A DNA stretch of 61,469 nt, from contig CAZGXU010000005.1 in NCBI GenBank assembly GCA_964530075.1, positions 1 through 61,469 of the forward strand. The letters are read 5' to 3'. The stretch is from an uncultured Thermotogae bacterium (GTDB taxonomy: Bacteria; Bipolaricaulota; Bipolaricaulia; UBA7950; UBA9294). This document shows positions 35,656 through 45,287 of this stretch, one piece after another (the first letter of the stretch is position 1; each line of letters starts with the position of its first letter). The position numbers and the translations under genes are program-made. Under the pieces are notes generated by a model. It did no database searches. It was not told the origin of the DNA and saw only the letters and a list, made by a program, of their open reading frames with translations.

Positions 35656-36762
35656 ATGGACGTACCGCTGAAGCACCCGAGGCCGGACATCGACCGGTTC
35701 GTGGCCGTGATCACCGGGCGGGAGCCCCCCGATCGCGTCCGCTTTGCCGAGCTGTTCCTCGACAACGAGACGATGCAGGCCATCTCCGAAGCCTACTTGG
35801 ACCGCGAGTGGGTCGCGCCGGACCTCGCGAACCCGGCGACGTTCCTTCCCTACTTCGACAACGTGATCGAGTGCTGGTATCGGCTCGGCTACGACTACGT
35901 CTGGGCCGGCGGCTGGCAGGAGATCCTGTTCCAAGGGAAGTACCGACTGGGAAGCGACACGGCCGAACGGGCCAAAGCGACGCGCATCTGGATGGAGGAG
36001 TCGGAAGGGATCATCGGGACGTGGGAGGACTTCGAGGCCTATTCGTGGCCGGATGCCGACGCGGTGTCGCTGGCCGCCTACGAATACGCCTCGCAGCGCC
36101 TCCCCGCAGGAATGGGGATGTTCGTCTGCTTCGGTCAGGGTACGCTGGAGAACGTGATGAACGTCCTCGTCGGCCTCGAGCCGCTCTCGTACATGCTGTA
36201 CGAACAGCCGGATCTCGTCGAGGCGATCTTCGAGAAGGTCGGACAGACCTTGTATCGGTTGAGCGAGCGGATCATCGGTCTGCCGAAGCTCGCCGGCTTC
36301 TTCCAAGGCGACGACATGGGCTACCAGAGCGCGACGCTGATCTCCCCCGGCCACATCCGCAAGTACGTCCTCCCGTGGCACAAGAAGATCGCGAAGCTCG
36401 CGCACGACAACGGGCTCCTCTATATCCTCCATACCTGCGGGAACGTCGACGAGATCATGGAGGACCTGATCGAAGACGTCCGGATCGACGCCAAGCACTC
36501 CTTCCAGGACAAGATCCTCACCGTCGGAGACTTCAAGGAGAAGTACGGCGATCGGGTCGGGGTCCTCGGAGGCGTCGACGTCGACAAGATGTGCCGGTCC
36601 ACGGAAGAGGAGATCCGGCAGTACGTGCGCGAGATTCTCGATCGTTGCATGCCCGGTGGGAGGTACGCCCTCGGTACGGGAAACAGCGTCGCCAACTACA
36701 TCCCGATCGAGAACTACCTCGCGATGCTCGACGAGGGGATTCGCTGGAAACGGGGCACGTAG
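35656..36762 (+). CDS. URO-D/MT2-family methyltransferase paralogue 6
   Basis: 368 aa. LYILHTCGNVDEIMEDLIEDVRIDAKHSFQD...GGVDVDKMC...GTGNSVANYIP is clearly related to paralogues 4/5 in the C-terminal half. Has H-T-C-G-N. Confidence 0.85.
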   Translation: MDVPLKHPRPDIDRFVAVITGREPPDRVRFAELFLDNETMQAISEAYLDREWVAPDLANPATFLPYFDNVIECWYRLGYDYVWAGGWQEILFQGKYRLGSDTAERAKATRIWMEESEGIIGTWEDFEAYSWPDADAVSLAAYEYASQRLPAGMGMFVCFGQGTLENVMNVLVGLEPLSYMLYEQPDLVEAIFEKVGQTLYRLSERIIGLPKLAGFFQGDDMGYQSATLISPGHIRKYVLPWHKKIAKLAHDNGLLYILHTCGNVDEIMEDLIEDVRIDAKHSFQDKILTVGDFKEKYGDRVGVLGGVDVDKMCRSTEEEIRQYVREILDRCMPGGRYALGTGNSVANYIPIENYLAMLDEGIRWKRGT

Positions 36763-36781
36763 CGAGCAGTGAGGAGGAAGC

Positions 36782-37858
36782 ATGATGACGGAAGGGCAGA
36801 GCAGCTTCGGCTCCGGCACGCTTCGGAGTCTGCCGCGAATCCGCAACGTGAAGCGGAGGCGCGAGTCGAGCTGGGACCGCACCGGAGCGAACAACGACTT
36901 CGTCACGATTCGGCCGGGAGAGACGCACGTCCTCGCATCGATCGAAGGCGCCGGATGCATCACGCACATCTGGACGACCCTTCGCTCCAACGACGTGAAC
37001 TACCTTCGGAACAACGTCCTGCGCGCGTATTGGGACGGCGAGAAGAACCCGAGCATCGAGGTGCCGATCGGCGACTTCTTCGGGATGGGGCACGGCCTGA
37101 CGAAGAACTTCGTCTCCGCCCCGCTCGCGATGAGTCCCGAGCACGGCAAGGGCCTCAACTGCTTCTTCGTCATGCCGTTCGCACGAGGCGCCCGGATCGA
37201 GGTGACCAACGAGAACCCCGCGGACGAGCTGATCCTCTACCACTACGTCGACTACGAGACGTTCGACGAGCTCGAGGAGGGTCTCGGACGCTTCCACGCG
37301 CAGTGGCGGCGCCAGAACCCGTGCCAGGGAATCGATCAAGGCGATATGGACAACTTCGAGTTTCAGGGGGTCTGGCACCACGCGGGCACGTCGAAGAACC
37401 TCGACGGAGCGAACAACTACGTGATCCTCGAAGCCGAAGGCCGCGGACACTACGTCGGCTGCAACCTCAACATCCGCAATCTCCGCCGGACGAACGAGTG
37501 GAACTGGTACGGAGAGGGTGACGACATGATCTTCATCGACGACGACGAGTGGCCGCCGACCCTGCATGGCACCGGGACCGAGGATTACTTCAACACCGCG
37601 TGGTGCCCGACGCAGGAGTACTGCGCCCCGTATCACGGCGTCATCCTCTCCGGTGGACCGAACTGGGCCGATCGGGTCACGCTGTACCGGTACCACATCG
37701 AGGATCCGATCCACTTCTCACAGCGGATCCGCGTGACGATCGAGCACGGACATGCCAACCACCGCTCGGACGACTACTCGAGCACCGCCTACTGGTATCA
37801 GACCGAACCTCACAAGAGATTCCCGAAGCTGCCCTCGGCCCGAAAGCGGTTGCCGTGA
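36782..37858 (+). CDS. DUF2961 / glycoside hydrolase family 172-like protein
   Basis: 358 aa. RESSWDRTGANNDF...IEGAGCITHIWTT...PIGDFFG...NCFFVMPF...YHYVDYE...WYGEGDDMIFIDD...HGTGTEDYFN...YRYHIEDPI.F matches the conserved DUF2961 blocks. Confidence 0.85.
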   Translation: MMTEGQSSFGSGTLRSLPRIRNVKRRRESSWDRTGANNDFVTIRPGETHVLASIEGAGCITHIWTTLRSNDVNYLRNNVLRAYWDGEKNPSIEVPIGDFFGMGHGLTKNFVSAPLAMSPEHGKGLNCFFVMPFARGARIEVTNENPADELILYHYVDYETFDELEEGLGRFHAQWRRQNPCQGIDQGDMDNFEFQGVWHHAGTSKNLDGANNYVILEAEGRGHYVGCNLNIRNLRRTNEWNWYGEGDDMIFIDDDEWPPTLHGTGTEDYFNTAWCPTQEYCAPYHGVILSGGPNWADRVTLYRYHIEDPIHFSQRIRVTIEHGHANHRSDDYSSTAYWYQTEPHKRFPKLPSARKRLP

Positions 37859-37895
37859 AGAGGGACGGACCGACGCGAAGAAAGGAGAACGAACG

Positions 37896-39320
37896 ATGGC
37901 CCCACGCAAGGTAGGGATCCTTACATTCTCGGACGGCAGGGTCGCGGTGCACCGCGACCTGGAGCCGCTGAACCGGAAGTACCAGAGCCGGCTCGCCGAG
38001 GCGCTCCGCGCGACCGGCGAAGTGGAGCCGGTCGAAGCGGAGGAGATCGTCTGGACCAGCGAGATCGCGAAGAAGGAGGCGATCCGACTCGCGAACGCCG
38101 GCTGCGAGCTGACGATCTTCAACTACGCCGTGTGGGCCTTCCCCCATCTTGCGGCCGTCGCGTCCCGGTTCGCCCCGGGCCCCTTCCTGCTGTTCTCCAA
38201 CATCAACCCCGAATACCCGGGGATGGTCGGGATGCTCGCTTCAGCCGGCGCCCTCGACCAGGTGGGGACGTTCCACGGCCGCGTCTCGGGCGACATCGGA
38301 GACGCCGATGTTCTTCGCCGCGTGATGGCGTTCGTCCGAGGCGCGTCGGCCGTCCGACGTCTGAAGGGCGAGACGTTCGGTCTGTTCGGAGGGCGTCCGA
38401 TGGGAATGTACACCGCGGTGGCGAACAGCGACCAGTGGATGCGGCTGTTCGGGATCGACGTCGAGCACATCGATCAATCCGAGATCGTCCGCCGCTCGGC
38501 CGAGGCGCCGGACGACGAGGTCGAGCGCGCGTTCGAGTGGTTGTCGTCGAAGGTCGGGAAGATCCGCTACGACGGGAAGCAGCTGACGCCGGAGAAGCTG
38601 AAGCTTCAGGTTCGGAGCTACATCGCGGTCCGGCAGATGATCGAGGAGATGAACCTCGACTTCGTCGGATTCAAGGCGCAGCCGGAGCTGACCGATCACT
38701 TCGTCACGATGGACGTAACCGAGGCGTTCCTGAACGACCCGTACGACTGGAACGGCCCGAAGGAGCCGATCGTCGCCGCAACGGAGGCCGACATGGACGG
38801 CGCGCTGACGATGGAGATCCTCAAGCACATCACGTCGGAGCCGGTCTTGTTCGCCGATCTGCGCCACTACGACGCGGAACTGGGGGTCTTCGACCTCTGC
38901 AATTCCGGGACCCATCCGACGTACTTCGCCGGACGCTCGACCGATCCGGACGTCAACCTGCCGAGCGTCGAGTTCTACCCGCAGGGCTTCTACTTCCCAG
39001 CCGGCGGGGCGTCGGTCCGCCACTTCGCCGCGCCGGGCGAAGTGACCCTCGCGCGGCTGGCGAGGCGAAACGGCGAGTACTGGCTGGCGATCCTCCCGGC
39101 GGAGTTCATCGAACTTCCGAAAAGGACGGCAGAGAAGAAGGCCGGCGAGGTTCAGATCGACTGGCCGCACGCTTACGCACGGTTTCGCGTCTCGCCGGAC
39201 GTCTTCCTGTCCGAGTACGACTCGAACCACATCCACGGCGCTTACGGGAATTGGGTCGAGGATCTCGTCTGGGCCGCGAAGACGCTCGGCATCGAGTACC
39301 GGATCTTCGACGACGGATGA
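37896..39320 (+). CDS. L-fucose isomerase-family sugar isomerase
   Basis: 474 aa from ATG 37896 (after AAAGGAG). KVGILTFSDGR N-terminus, ...GETFGLFGGRPMGMYT..., ATEADMDGALTM, ...FADLRHYD...DLCNSG, ...DSNHIHGAYGNW: FucI/AraA-superfamily layout. Confidence 0.8.
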   Translation: MAPRKVGILTFSDGRVAVHRDLEPLNRKYQSRLAEALRATGEVEPVEAEEIVWTSEIAKKEAIRLANAGCELTIFNYAVWAFPHLAAVASRFAPGPFLLFSNINPEYPGMVGMLASAGALDQVGTFHGRVSGDIGDADVLRRVMAFVRGASAVRRLKGETFGLFGGRPMGMYTAVANSDQWMRLFGIDVEHIDQSEIVRRSAEAPDDEVERAFEWLSSKVGKIRYDGKQLTPEKLKLQVRSYIAVRQMIEEMNLDFVGFKAQPELTDHFVTMDVTEAFLNDPYDWNGPKEPIVAATEADMDGALTMEILKHITSEPVLFADLRHYDAELGVFDLCNSGTHPTYFAGRSTDPDVNLPSVEFYPQGFYFPAGGASVRHFAAPGEVTLARLARRNGEYWLAILPAEFIELPKRTAEKKAGEVQIDWPHAYARFRVSPDVFLSEYDSNHIHGAYGNWVEDLVWAAKTLGIEYRIFDDG

Positions 39321-39330
39321 GGGAGGCCAA

Positions 39331-40920
39331 GTGACCTCACGTTATCTGCTCGGCTCTGACATCGGGACGACGCTGACGAAGACCGTCCTGGTCGATCTCG
39401 ACGGGAGAGAGGTCGCCGCGGCCCGTTCGGAGTACGGGGTTCTCCACCCGCACCCGCTGTGGGCCGAGCAGTGGCCCGACGTCTGGTTCGACGCCTTCGT
39501 GGCGACGGTCCGCGACGTGCTCGCACAGGCGAGCGTCCGACCGGACGAGATCGGGGGCGTGGGGATCAGCGGACTCTACGGAGGCTCCGGCGTCCCCGTC
39601 GATGAGAAGACGGACCCGATCCGACCGTGCATCATCTGGATGGATCGCCGCGCCGTGCAGGAGGTCGAGTGGATCCGATCGCACGTCGACCTGGACGAGC
39701 TGTTCGAGATCACCGGCAATGGCGTCGACACCTACCACGGGTTCACGAAGATCCTCTGGATCCAACGCAACGAGCCGGACAATTGGAAGAGGATTCACAA
39801 GCTCCTCACGCCGCACGGCTATGCGATCCAGCGGCTGACCGGCGAGACGGCGATCGACCAGTCGTCCGCCGGGAACATCGGCGGTGTCTTCGACCTGAAG
39901 GCGCGGACGTGGTCGGAGCGCAGCTGCGAGTCGCTCGGGATCCCCGTCGGGCTGCTGCCGGAACGGATCGTCGATTCGAGCGAGATCGTGGGAGAACTGA
40001 CGGCCGAGGCGGCTCGATTCACGGGCCTCGCTCCCGGAACGCCGGTCGTCTCCGGGGGGATCGACGCCGCGGTCGCGACGCTCAGCGCGGGTGCATTCGA
40101 CGAGGGAAACCACGTCGCGATGATCGGGACATCGATGTGCTGGGGCGTCGTCCACGAGGGAGAGTCCGTCTCCCCTCAGCTTGTCAGCATGCCCTACGTC
40201 GCCTACGCGGCGGACAAGGTTTACACGTTCGGCGGCGCGGCGACCGCCGGGGCCCTCCCACGATGGTTCCGCGACCAGTTCGGACAGCCAGAGGTCGCAC
40301 GAGGGGAGCGGGAAGGCCTCGATGCCTATGCCCTGCTGGATGAAGAGGCAGCCAGGATACCGCCCGGCTCCGATCGACTCGTCGTCCTTCCGTACTTCAT
40401 GGGCGAGCGAAGCCCGATCTGGGACAGCGACGCGAAGGGAACGATCCTCGGGCTCACGCTCTCCCACACCCGCGCGCATGTCTACCGCGCGCTGCTGGAG
40501 GGCGTCGCGTTCGCCCTCCGTCACAACATGGAGGCGGGCGAGGAGATCGGCCTCCGCCTGGACGAGACGTGCACGCTCGTCGGCGGGGCAGCCAAGTCGC
40601 CGCTCTGGCGCCAGATCCTGAGCGACGTGACCGGGTATCGCCTCGCCGCGACGCGAGGCTCGGAGGCGGCGCTCGGAGACGCCTTGCTGGCCGGGATCGG
40701 AATCGGCGCCGTCGATCGTTTCGAGTCGATCCGCGACTGGCTGACCTTCGAAGAGCCGACGACCCCGAACGCGGCGAACAGAGAGACCTACGACCGCCTG
40801 TACTCGGTGTACAAGGGCGCCTATCCGAGCCTGCGAGAGCTGATGAGTGCGCTGTCGTCGCACGACGCGACGAGGAGCGGGACGCCGGAGAGCCATGAAG
40901 CCAAGGAGGATCTGAGATGA
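39331..40920 (+). CDS. FGGY-family carbohydrate kinase (xylulokinase-like)
   Basis: 529 aa (GTG start). YLLGSDIGTTLTKTVLVD, IWMDRRA, ...GGIDAAVATLSAG..., LVGGAAKSPLWRQILSDV motifs. Confidence 0.9.
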   Translation: MTSRYLLGSDIGTTLTKTVLVDLDGREVAAARSEYGVLHPHPLWAEQWPDVWFDAFVATVRDVLAQASVRPDEIGGVGISGLYGGSGVPVDEKTDPIRPCIIWMDRRAVQEVEWIRSHVDLDELFEITGNGVDTYHGFTKILWIQRNEPDNWKRIHKLLTPHGYAIQRLTGETAIDQSSAGNIGGVFDLKARTWSERSCESLGIPVGLLPERIVDSSEIVGELTAEAARFTGLAPGTPVVSGGIDAAVATLSAGAFDEGNHVAMIGTSMCWGVVHEGESVSPQLVSMPYVAYAADKVYTFGGAATAGALPRWFRDQFGQPEVARGEREGLDAYALLDEEAARIPPGSDRLVVLPYFMGERSPIWDSDAKGTILGLTLSHTRAHVYRALLEGVAFALRHNMEAGEEIGLRLDETCTLVGGAAKSPLWRQILSDVTGYRLAATRGSEAALGDALLAGIGIGAVDRFESIRDWLTFEEPTTPNAANRETYDRLYSVYKGAYPSLRELMSALSSHDATRSGTPESHEAKEDLR

Positions 40921-42449
40921 CGGACACCAAGGTTGCGCTCGCGTTCTACTACCCGCTGCGGCGCGAAGAGAAGCCGGGCTTGGTCGTGCAGGACCCGGAC
41001 TACAGCTACGAGGACCGAGCCGAGGAGCTCAGCGATGCCCTTGTGGCCGGCTGCCCCGGGATCGAGTTCTCGACCGTCGTACTCCACGAGCAAGAGGACG
41101 TCGTTGCTCTGGCTGAGCGGAGCAGTGAATTCGACGGCTTCGTCGTCTACGCGCTCGGGGTGGAGTACATGCGCGTCATCTACGAGGGGCCGCTCGCCGA
41201 GACGGGAACTCCTCTCGTGATCGTCGATGACTTCCTGGAGAACTACGGATTCCACAACTACGTCGCGATGCGGAGGGCCGGCCTTCCGGTCCTCTGGACG
41301 GCGTCATCGAAGATCGAGGACGTGATCGAGAAAGTGAAGTTGCTCCGCGTCGTCCACCAGGTGCGAGACGCGAGGATGATGGTGCTTCACGCCGAGTGGC
41401 GACAGACCGAGATCTTCGGGCAGCCGCTCAAGACCTTCGAAGACGCGCTCGGAGAGGTTCTCGGATCGAGCCTCGTCCGCATGACGAAGAAGGAGTTCAT
41501 GGAGGACTTCTACCCGAACGTCTCCGAGGCCGAGGCGAAGGCGGTCGCCGAGCGATGGATCGACGAGGCGGACGCGATCATCGAGCCGGATCCTGCCGAG
41601 CTCGTCACGTCGGCCAAGGTCTACCTCGCCCTGAAGCAGGCCATCGAAGACAAGGACGTCCAAGCCTTCACCACCGACATCGCCGGGCACGTCTACCACG
41701 ACTGGCCGGACGACGTCTTCGCTGCCCTCAGCCCCGGCATCGATCCCCAGAACCGCGGTGAGTACCCCTACAAGCTTCCCACGTTTCCGTGCATGGCGTT
41801 CATGCAGCTGCAGTCGGACGGGTTCCCGGCGACCGGCGAGATGAACATGCACACGCTGCTGAACGTCATGGTGATGCACTACCTGACCGAGCAGATCGCC
41901 GGCGAAGCGCGGGCCGGGTTCTCCGGCGGTCGTCTCTTCGATCTCAGTCGCGACGCCGTTGTCTACCACCTCTGCTGCGGGCCGAGGAAGTTCTTCGGAG
42001 CGAGCGGCCCGGCCGCTCCGTATACGATCCGCACGGAGCAGGAGACGGGGAAGAGCTGCTGCGCGTCCGCCACGATGCCGGTCGACGAGCCGGTGACGGC
42101 CGTCTCGATCCATCCGGAGAGCCGGTCGGTGATCGTGCACGGCGGGACATCGCTCGGAAGCGTGAAGAGCGAGCGGCGATGCCGGAACAAGCTCGCTGTC
42201 CGCGTCAACATGGAGAACTTCATCGAGAACAACCTGCAACCGGAGTGGCCGATGGGGCACTTCCGGACCGTCTTCTTCGGCGATTGGCGCCCGTACGTGA
42301 AGGACCTCACCGTCCTCCTCGGAATGGACTTCTACGACGAGGATGGACACTACGGATGGGTGCCCCGCCGCTCGGCGGCGGGTGAAGAGATCGACCACCC
42401 GTGGCGCGGGAATCGGAATATCCTGAGTCGGAAGCGGAACGTGGAGTAG
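40917..42449 (+). CDS. Hypothetical protein, distant FucI/AraA-like architecture
   Basis: 510 aa, start overlaps the kinase stop. Segment order mirrors 37896..39320 (N-terminal flavodoxin-like region, AKVYLALKQAIEDKDVQAFTTD versus VRSYIAVRQMIEEMNLDFVGFK, acidic metal-site-like segment GEMNMHTLL), but identity is low. Several Cys pairs (HLCCGP, KSCCAS). Confidence 0.4.
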   Translation: MTDTKVALAFYYPLRREEKPGLVVQDPDYSYEDRAEELSDALVAGCPGIEFSTVVLHEQEDVVALAERSSEFDGFVVYALGVEYMRVIYEGPLAETGTPLVIVDDFLENYGFHNYVAMRRAGLPVLWTASSKIEDVIEKVKLLRVVHQVRDARMMVLHAEWRQTEIFGQPLKTFEDALGEVLGSSLVRMTKKEFMEDFYPNVSEAEAKAVAERWIDEADAIIEPDPAELVTSAKVYLALKQAIEDKDVQAFTTDIAGHVYHDWPDDVFAALSPGIDPQNRGEYPYKLPTFPCMAFMQLQSDGFPATGEMNMHTLLNVMVMHYLTEQIAGEARAGFSGGRLFDLSRDAVVYHLCCGPRKFFGASGPAAPYTIRTEQETGKSCCASATMPVDEPVTAVSIHPESRSVIVHGGTSLGSVKSERRCRNKLAVRVNMENFIENNLQPEWPMGHFRTVFFGDWRPYVKDLTVLLGMDFYDEDGHYGWVPRRSAAGEEIDHPWRGNRNILSRKRNVE

Positions 42450-42479
42450 GCCGAACCACCGGAGGAAAGGAGCCCACGA

Positions 42480-44372
42480 ATGCCCATCTCGATCTACGCG
42501 CAGGCTCCGGGCCCCGTCCACCACGCGGCACACAAGCTGTCGGACCACACCGGGATTCCGTTGGGAACGGACGATGAGGGTGGTCAGCCGCTGCAAATCG
42601 AGCGGAACGTGGAGCGAGATCCGGCGATCTCCGAGCAGGGCTACGTCATCCGAACGGGCGACGATGGAACCCTCCGGATCTCGGGAAACGACGACGAGGG
42701 CGTCGCCAACGGGGTCTACACCCTATTGCGGACCCTGATGGTCGAGCATCGCACCGATCCGTTCTCGCGAACGTGGGAGATCGTGGAGACGCCCCAGTTT
42801 CGGATTCGAGGGATGTACGTCGCTCCCTATCGGTTCGGGGGCTCGTACGGTTTCGCCGTCCTCAGCCCGGATCGTTGGTCGCTCGACGAGTGGATCGAAT
42901 ACATCGACCTGATGCGCCTCTGCAATCAGACGACGCTGACCCTCGTCCCCGCCGGGCGCCTCTACCATCCTGACGTGCCGCAGACGGAGAGAGAAGCCTG
43001 GCGCTACGAGGTCTGGCGGAACGTAATGGCCTACTGCCACCAGGTCGGGATGAAGTTCAACTGGCTCACCACGCCGAACTACGTCCCCCCGCAGACCTTC
43101 TGGGAGAACCCGTCGCTCCGCGCCGAGCATCAGGAGGTAGGCGGCTACTACGGTTGCGGCCTCGTCTGGAACAAGGCGAAGGACCTGATCCTCGACGTCA
43201 ACCGATACACCTTCGAGTACTTCAAGGAGCTCGACGGGCTGGAGATGATCTACAGCGAGACCGGCCTCTCGTTCGACGAGGAGACGGCCGCTGATCCGGC
43301 CGGCTACTTCGCCGACGCGACCCACGCGTACCGCAAGCTCCTGCGAGAGTGCGGGAACGACGCCGATTACATCTTCTGGAACTGGGTCTTCGACCTGTGG
43401 TCCCGCGTGGTGATTCCGCAAGCGCTTCTCGAGCGGTGTCCGAAGTTCCGGACCATCCTCGACGACCTCCTCCCGCTTCTCCCCAAGGACATCGGCTGGA
43501 CGGACGCGTCGATGCTCAGCGTGGCGCAGATGTTCGGACCCGAGATCCGTGCGCGCGGGAATCCGGCGATGAGAGAGGGTGTCCTGCTCGGGAAGAAGTG
43601 GGGGTTCGATCCGGTGATCAACTGCTTCTGGTACATGAACCCCGAGTACGCACTGAACATGCTCCCGCACCCCTATCTCACAAGAGCCGTCCAAGAGGCG
43701 GCCTATTCGAGGGACGAGCTCCGTCCGGACGGCGTCCAAGGGTATCGGCTCGCCCCACCCTGCCGGTTCCTCGGGGACTACACCTTCTTCCGTCTCGCCT
43801 TCAATCCGTCTCTAGCGCAGGAGGAGTTGATCGAGGAGATGGCGTCGCTTCTCTGCGAGGAGCCCGTCCATCGAGCCGCCGTCGCCGAAGGGATCGGCCT
43901 CCTGGAGGCGTTCTGGCTCGATCACGATCCGCAGCTCCTCGAGCGGGCCGAGAGCCTCTTTGCCGAGGCGGTGAAGGCCGAGCCGTCGAAGCACCTCGCC
44001 CGCGTCGGCGGAGGGACGACCTTCCTCCTCCACATCGTGCGGATGGCACAGCCGAACGTCTCTCCGGAGGCGCGAAAGGCGATGCGCTGGGAGCTCTACC
44101 GGATCCTGAAGACGCTCGACGTCTTCCAAGGAATCACGTCGAACATCGTCTGGCAGCCGGAGTCGTACGCATTCTTCTGCTGGCAGGTCGATCTGATGGT
44201 GCGACAATACGAGTGGTTCCGAGCGAGCCGCCCGGACCGGATCGACCGAAACATCTATCCGGAAGCAACGGCCGACTTCGCGGCACTTCGATGGCCCGAG
44301 GACATCGACACGCCGGACCCGTCCACGGACCGCCCGCGGGGCGAGATGCCCGGGCCGCTCACCTATGATTAA
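42480..44372 (+). CDS. Hypothetical cytoplasmic glycoside-hydrolase-like protein (paralogue 2)
   Basis: 630 aa. GYVIRTGDDGTLRISGNDDEGVANGVYTLL N-domain, then a barrel-like core. Collinear with 21414..23231 (shared blocks W..DEW..YIDL, H..GMK.N, CW.KAKD, GYRLAPP.RFL.D..F.R.A.NP). No signal peptide. Confidence 0.5.
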   Translation: MPISIYAQAPGPVHHAAHKLSDHTGIPLGTDDEGGQPLQIERNVERDPAISEQGYVIRTGDDGTLRISGNDDEGVANGVYTLLRTLMVEHRTDPFSRTWEIVETPQFRIRGMYVAPYRFGGSYGFAVLSPDRWSLDEWIEYIDLMRLCNQTTLTLVPAGRLYHPDVPQTEREAWRYEVWRNVMAYCHQVGMKFNWLTTPNYVPPQTFWENPSLRAEHQEVGGYYGCGLVWNKAKDLILDVNRYTFEYFKELDGLEMIYSETGLSFDEETAADPAGYFADATHAYRKLLRECGNDADYIFWNWVFDLWSRVVIPQALLERCPKFRTILDDLLPLLPKDIGWTDASMLSVAQMFGPEIRARGNPAMREGVLLGKKWGFDPVINCFWYMNPEYALNMLPHPYLTRAVQEAAYSRDELRPDGVQGYRLAPPCRFLGDYTFFRLAFNPSLAQEELIEEMASLLCEEPVHRAAVAEGIGLLEAFWLDHDPQLLERAESLFAEAVKAEPSKHLARVGGGTTFLLHIVRMAQPNVSPEARKAMRWELYRILKTLDVFQGITSNIVWQPESYAFFCWQVDLMVRQYEWFRASRPDRIDRNIYPEATADFAALRWPEDIDTPDPSTDRPRGEMPGPLTYD

Positions 44373-44405
44373 CGGGAGTGAAGAGGTGCGGAAAGGGAGC
44401 ATCGC

Positions 44406-45287
44406 ATGATCGAGAAGAAACGGTTCGGTCGAACGGAGCACGAGAGCACGCGGGTCATCTTCGGCGCAGCCGCCTTCTTCGACGCGACGCCCGCCGATGC
44501 CGACCGCATGCTCGACGTCCTCCTGGAGCACGGGATCAACCACATCGACACCGCCGCCGACTACGGGAAGTCGGAGAAGCTGCTCGGCCGCTGGATCGGC
44601 CGCCATCGGGCCGACTTCTTCCTCGCGACCAAGACCGCGGCACGCGACCGCGCCGGAGCCAAGGCGTCGATCGAGCGTTCCCTGGAGCGCATGCGCATTG
44701 ACCACGTCGACCTCTTCCAGCTCCACTGTCTGATCGAGCCCGATGGGTGGGAGCAGGCGATGGGACCCGACGGGGCACTCGAAGCGGCCGTCGAGGCGAA
44801 GGAGGCGGGGCTCACGCGGTTCCTCGGCGTGACGGCGCACGAGACGGTCGCGCCCGCGGTGCTGATGCGAAGCCTCGATCGCTTCGAATTCGACTCCGTC
44901 CTTCTCCCGTACAACTATCCGATGATGCAGAACGCCGAGTACGCGGCCGGCTTCGAGAAGCTGGCGTCGATGTGTGCGGAGCGGGACGTGCCGATGCAGA
45001 CGATCAAGGCGATCGCGCGACGCCTGCGCCGCGACGAGTCGAAGGCGTACAGCACGTGGTACGAACCGCTGCAATCCCAGGAGGACATCGACCCCGCCGT
45101 GCACTGGGTTCTTGCGCGGCCGGACGTCTTCCTCAACAGCGTCGGGGACGTGAACATCGCTCCGAGGATCTTCGACGCCGCCGAGCGATTCGACCGGACG
45201 AGTGCGCTCTCGGACGAGGAGATGCGCCGACTCGTGGCGGAGGCGGGCCTCGAGCCCCTCTTCCCCGTTCCGGAGAACACCCATTGA
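44406..45287 (+). CDS. Aldo/keto reductase
   Basis: 293 aa. INHIDTAADYGKSEKLLG, ...SLERMRIDHVDLFQLH..., ...RFLGVTAH... AKR family blocks. Confidence 0.85.
   Translation: MIEKKRFGRTEHESTRVIFGAAAFFDATPADADRMLDVLLEHGINHIDTAADYGKSEKLLGRWIGRHRADFFLATKTAARDRAGAKASIERSLERMRIDHVDLFQLHCLIEPDGWEQAMGPDGALEAAVEAKEAGLTRFLGVTAHETVAPAVLMRSLDRFEFDSVLLPYNYPMMQNAEYAAGFEKLASMCAERDVPMQTIKAIARRLRRDESKAYSTWYEPLQSQEDIDPAVHWVLARPDVFLNSVGDVNIAPRIFDAAERFDRTSALSDEEMRRLVAEAGLEPLFPVPENTH

Noticed and set aside
23581-36762. In-frame amber (pyrrolysine) or opal (selenocysteine) codons in the methyltransferase genes, as in MttB/MtmB/MtbB.
   Set aside because: All six URO-D-family ORFs and the corrinoid protein are uninterrupted. 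No MttB/MtmB/MtbB-type gene or pyl genes are present.
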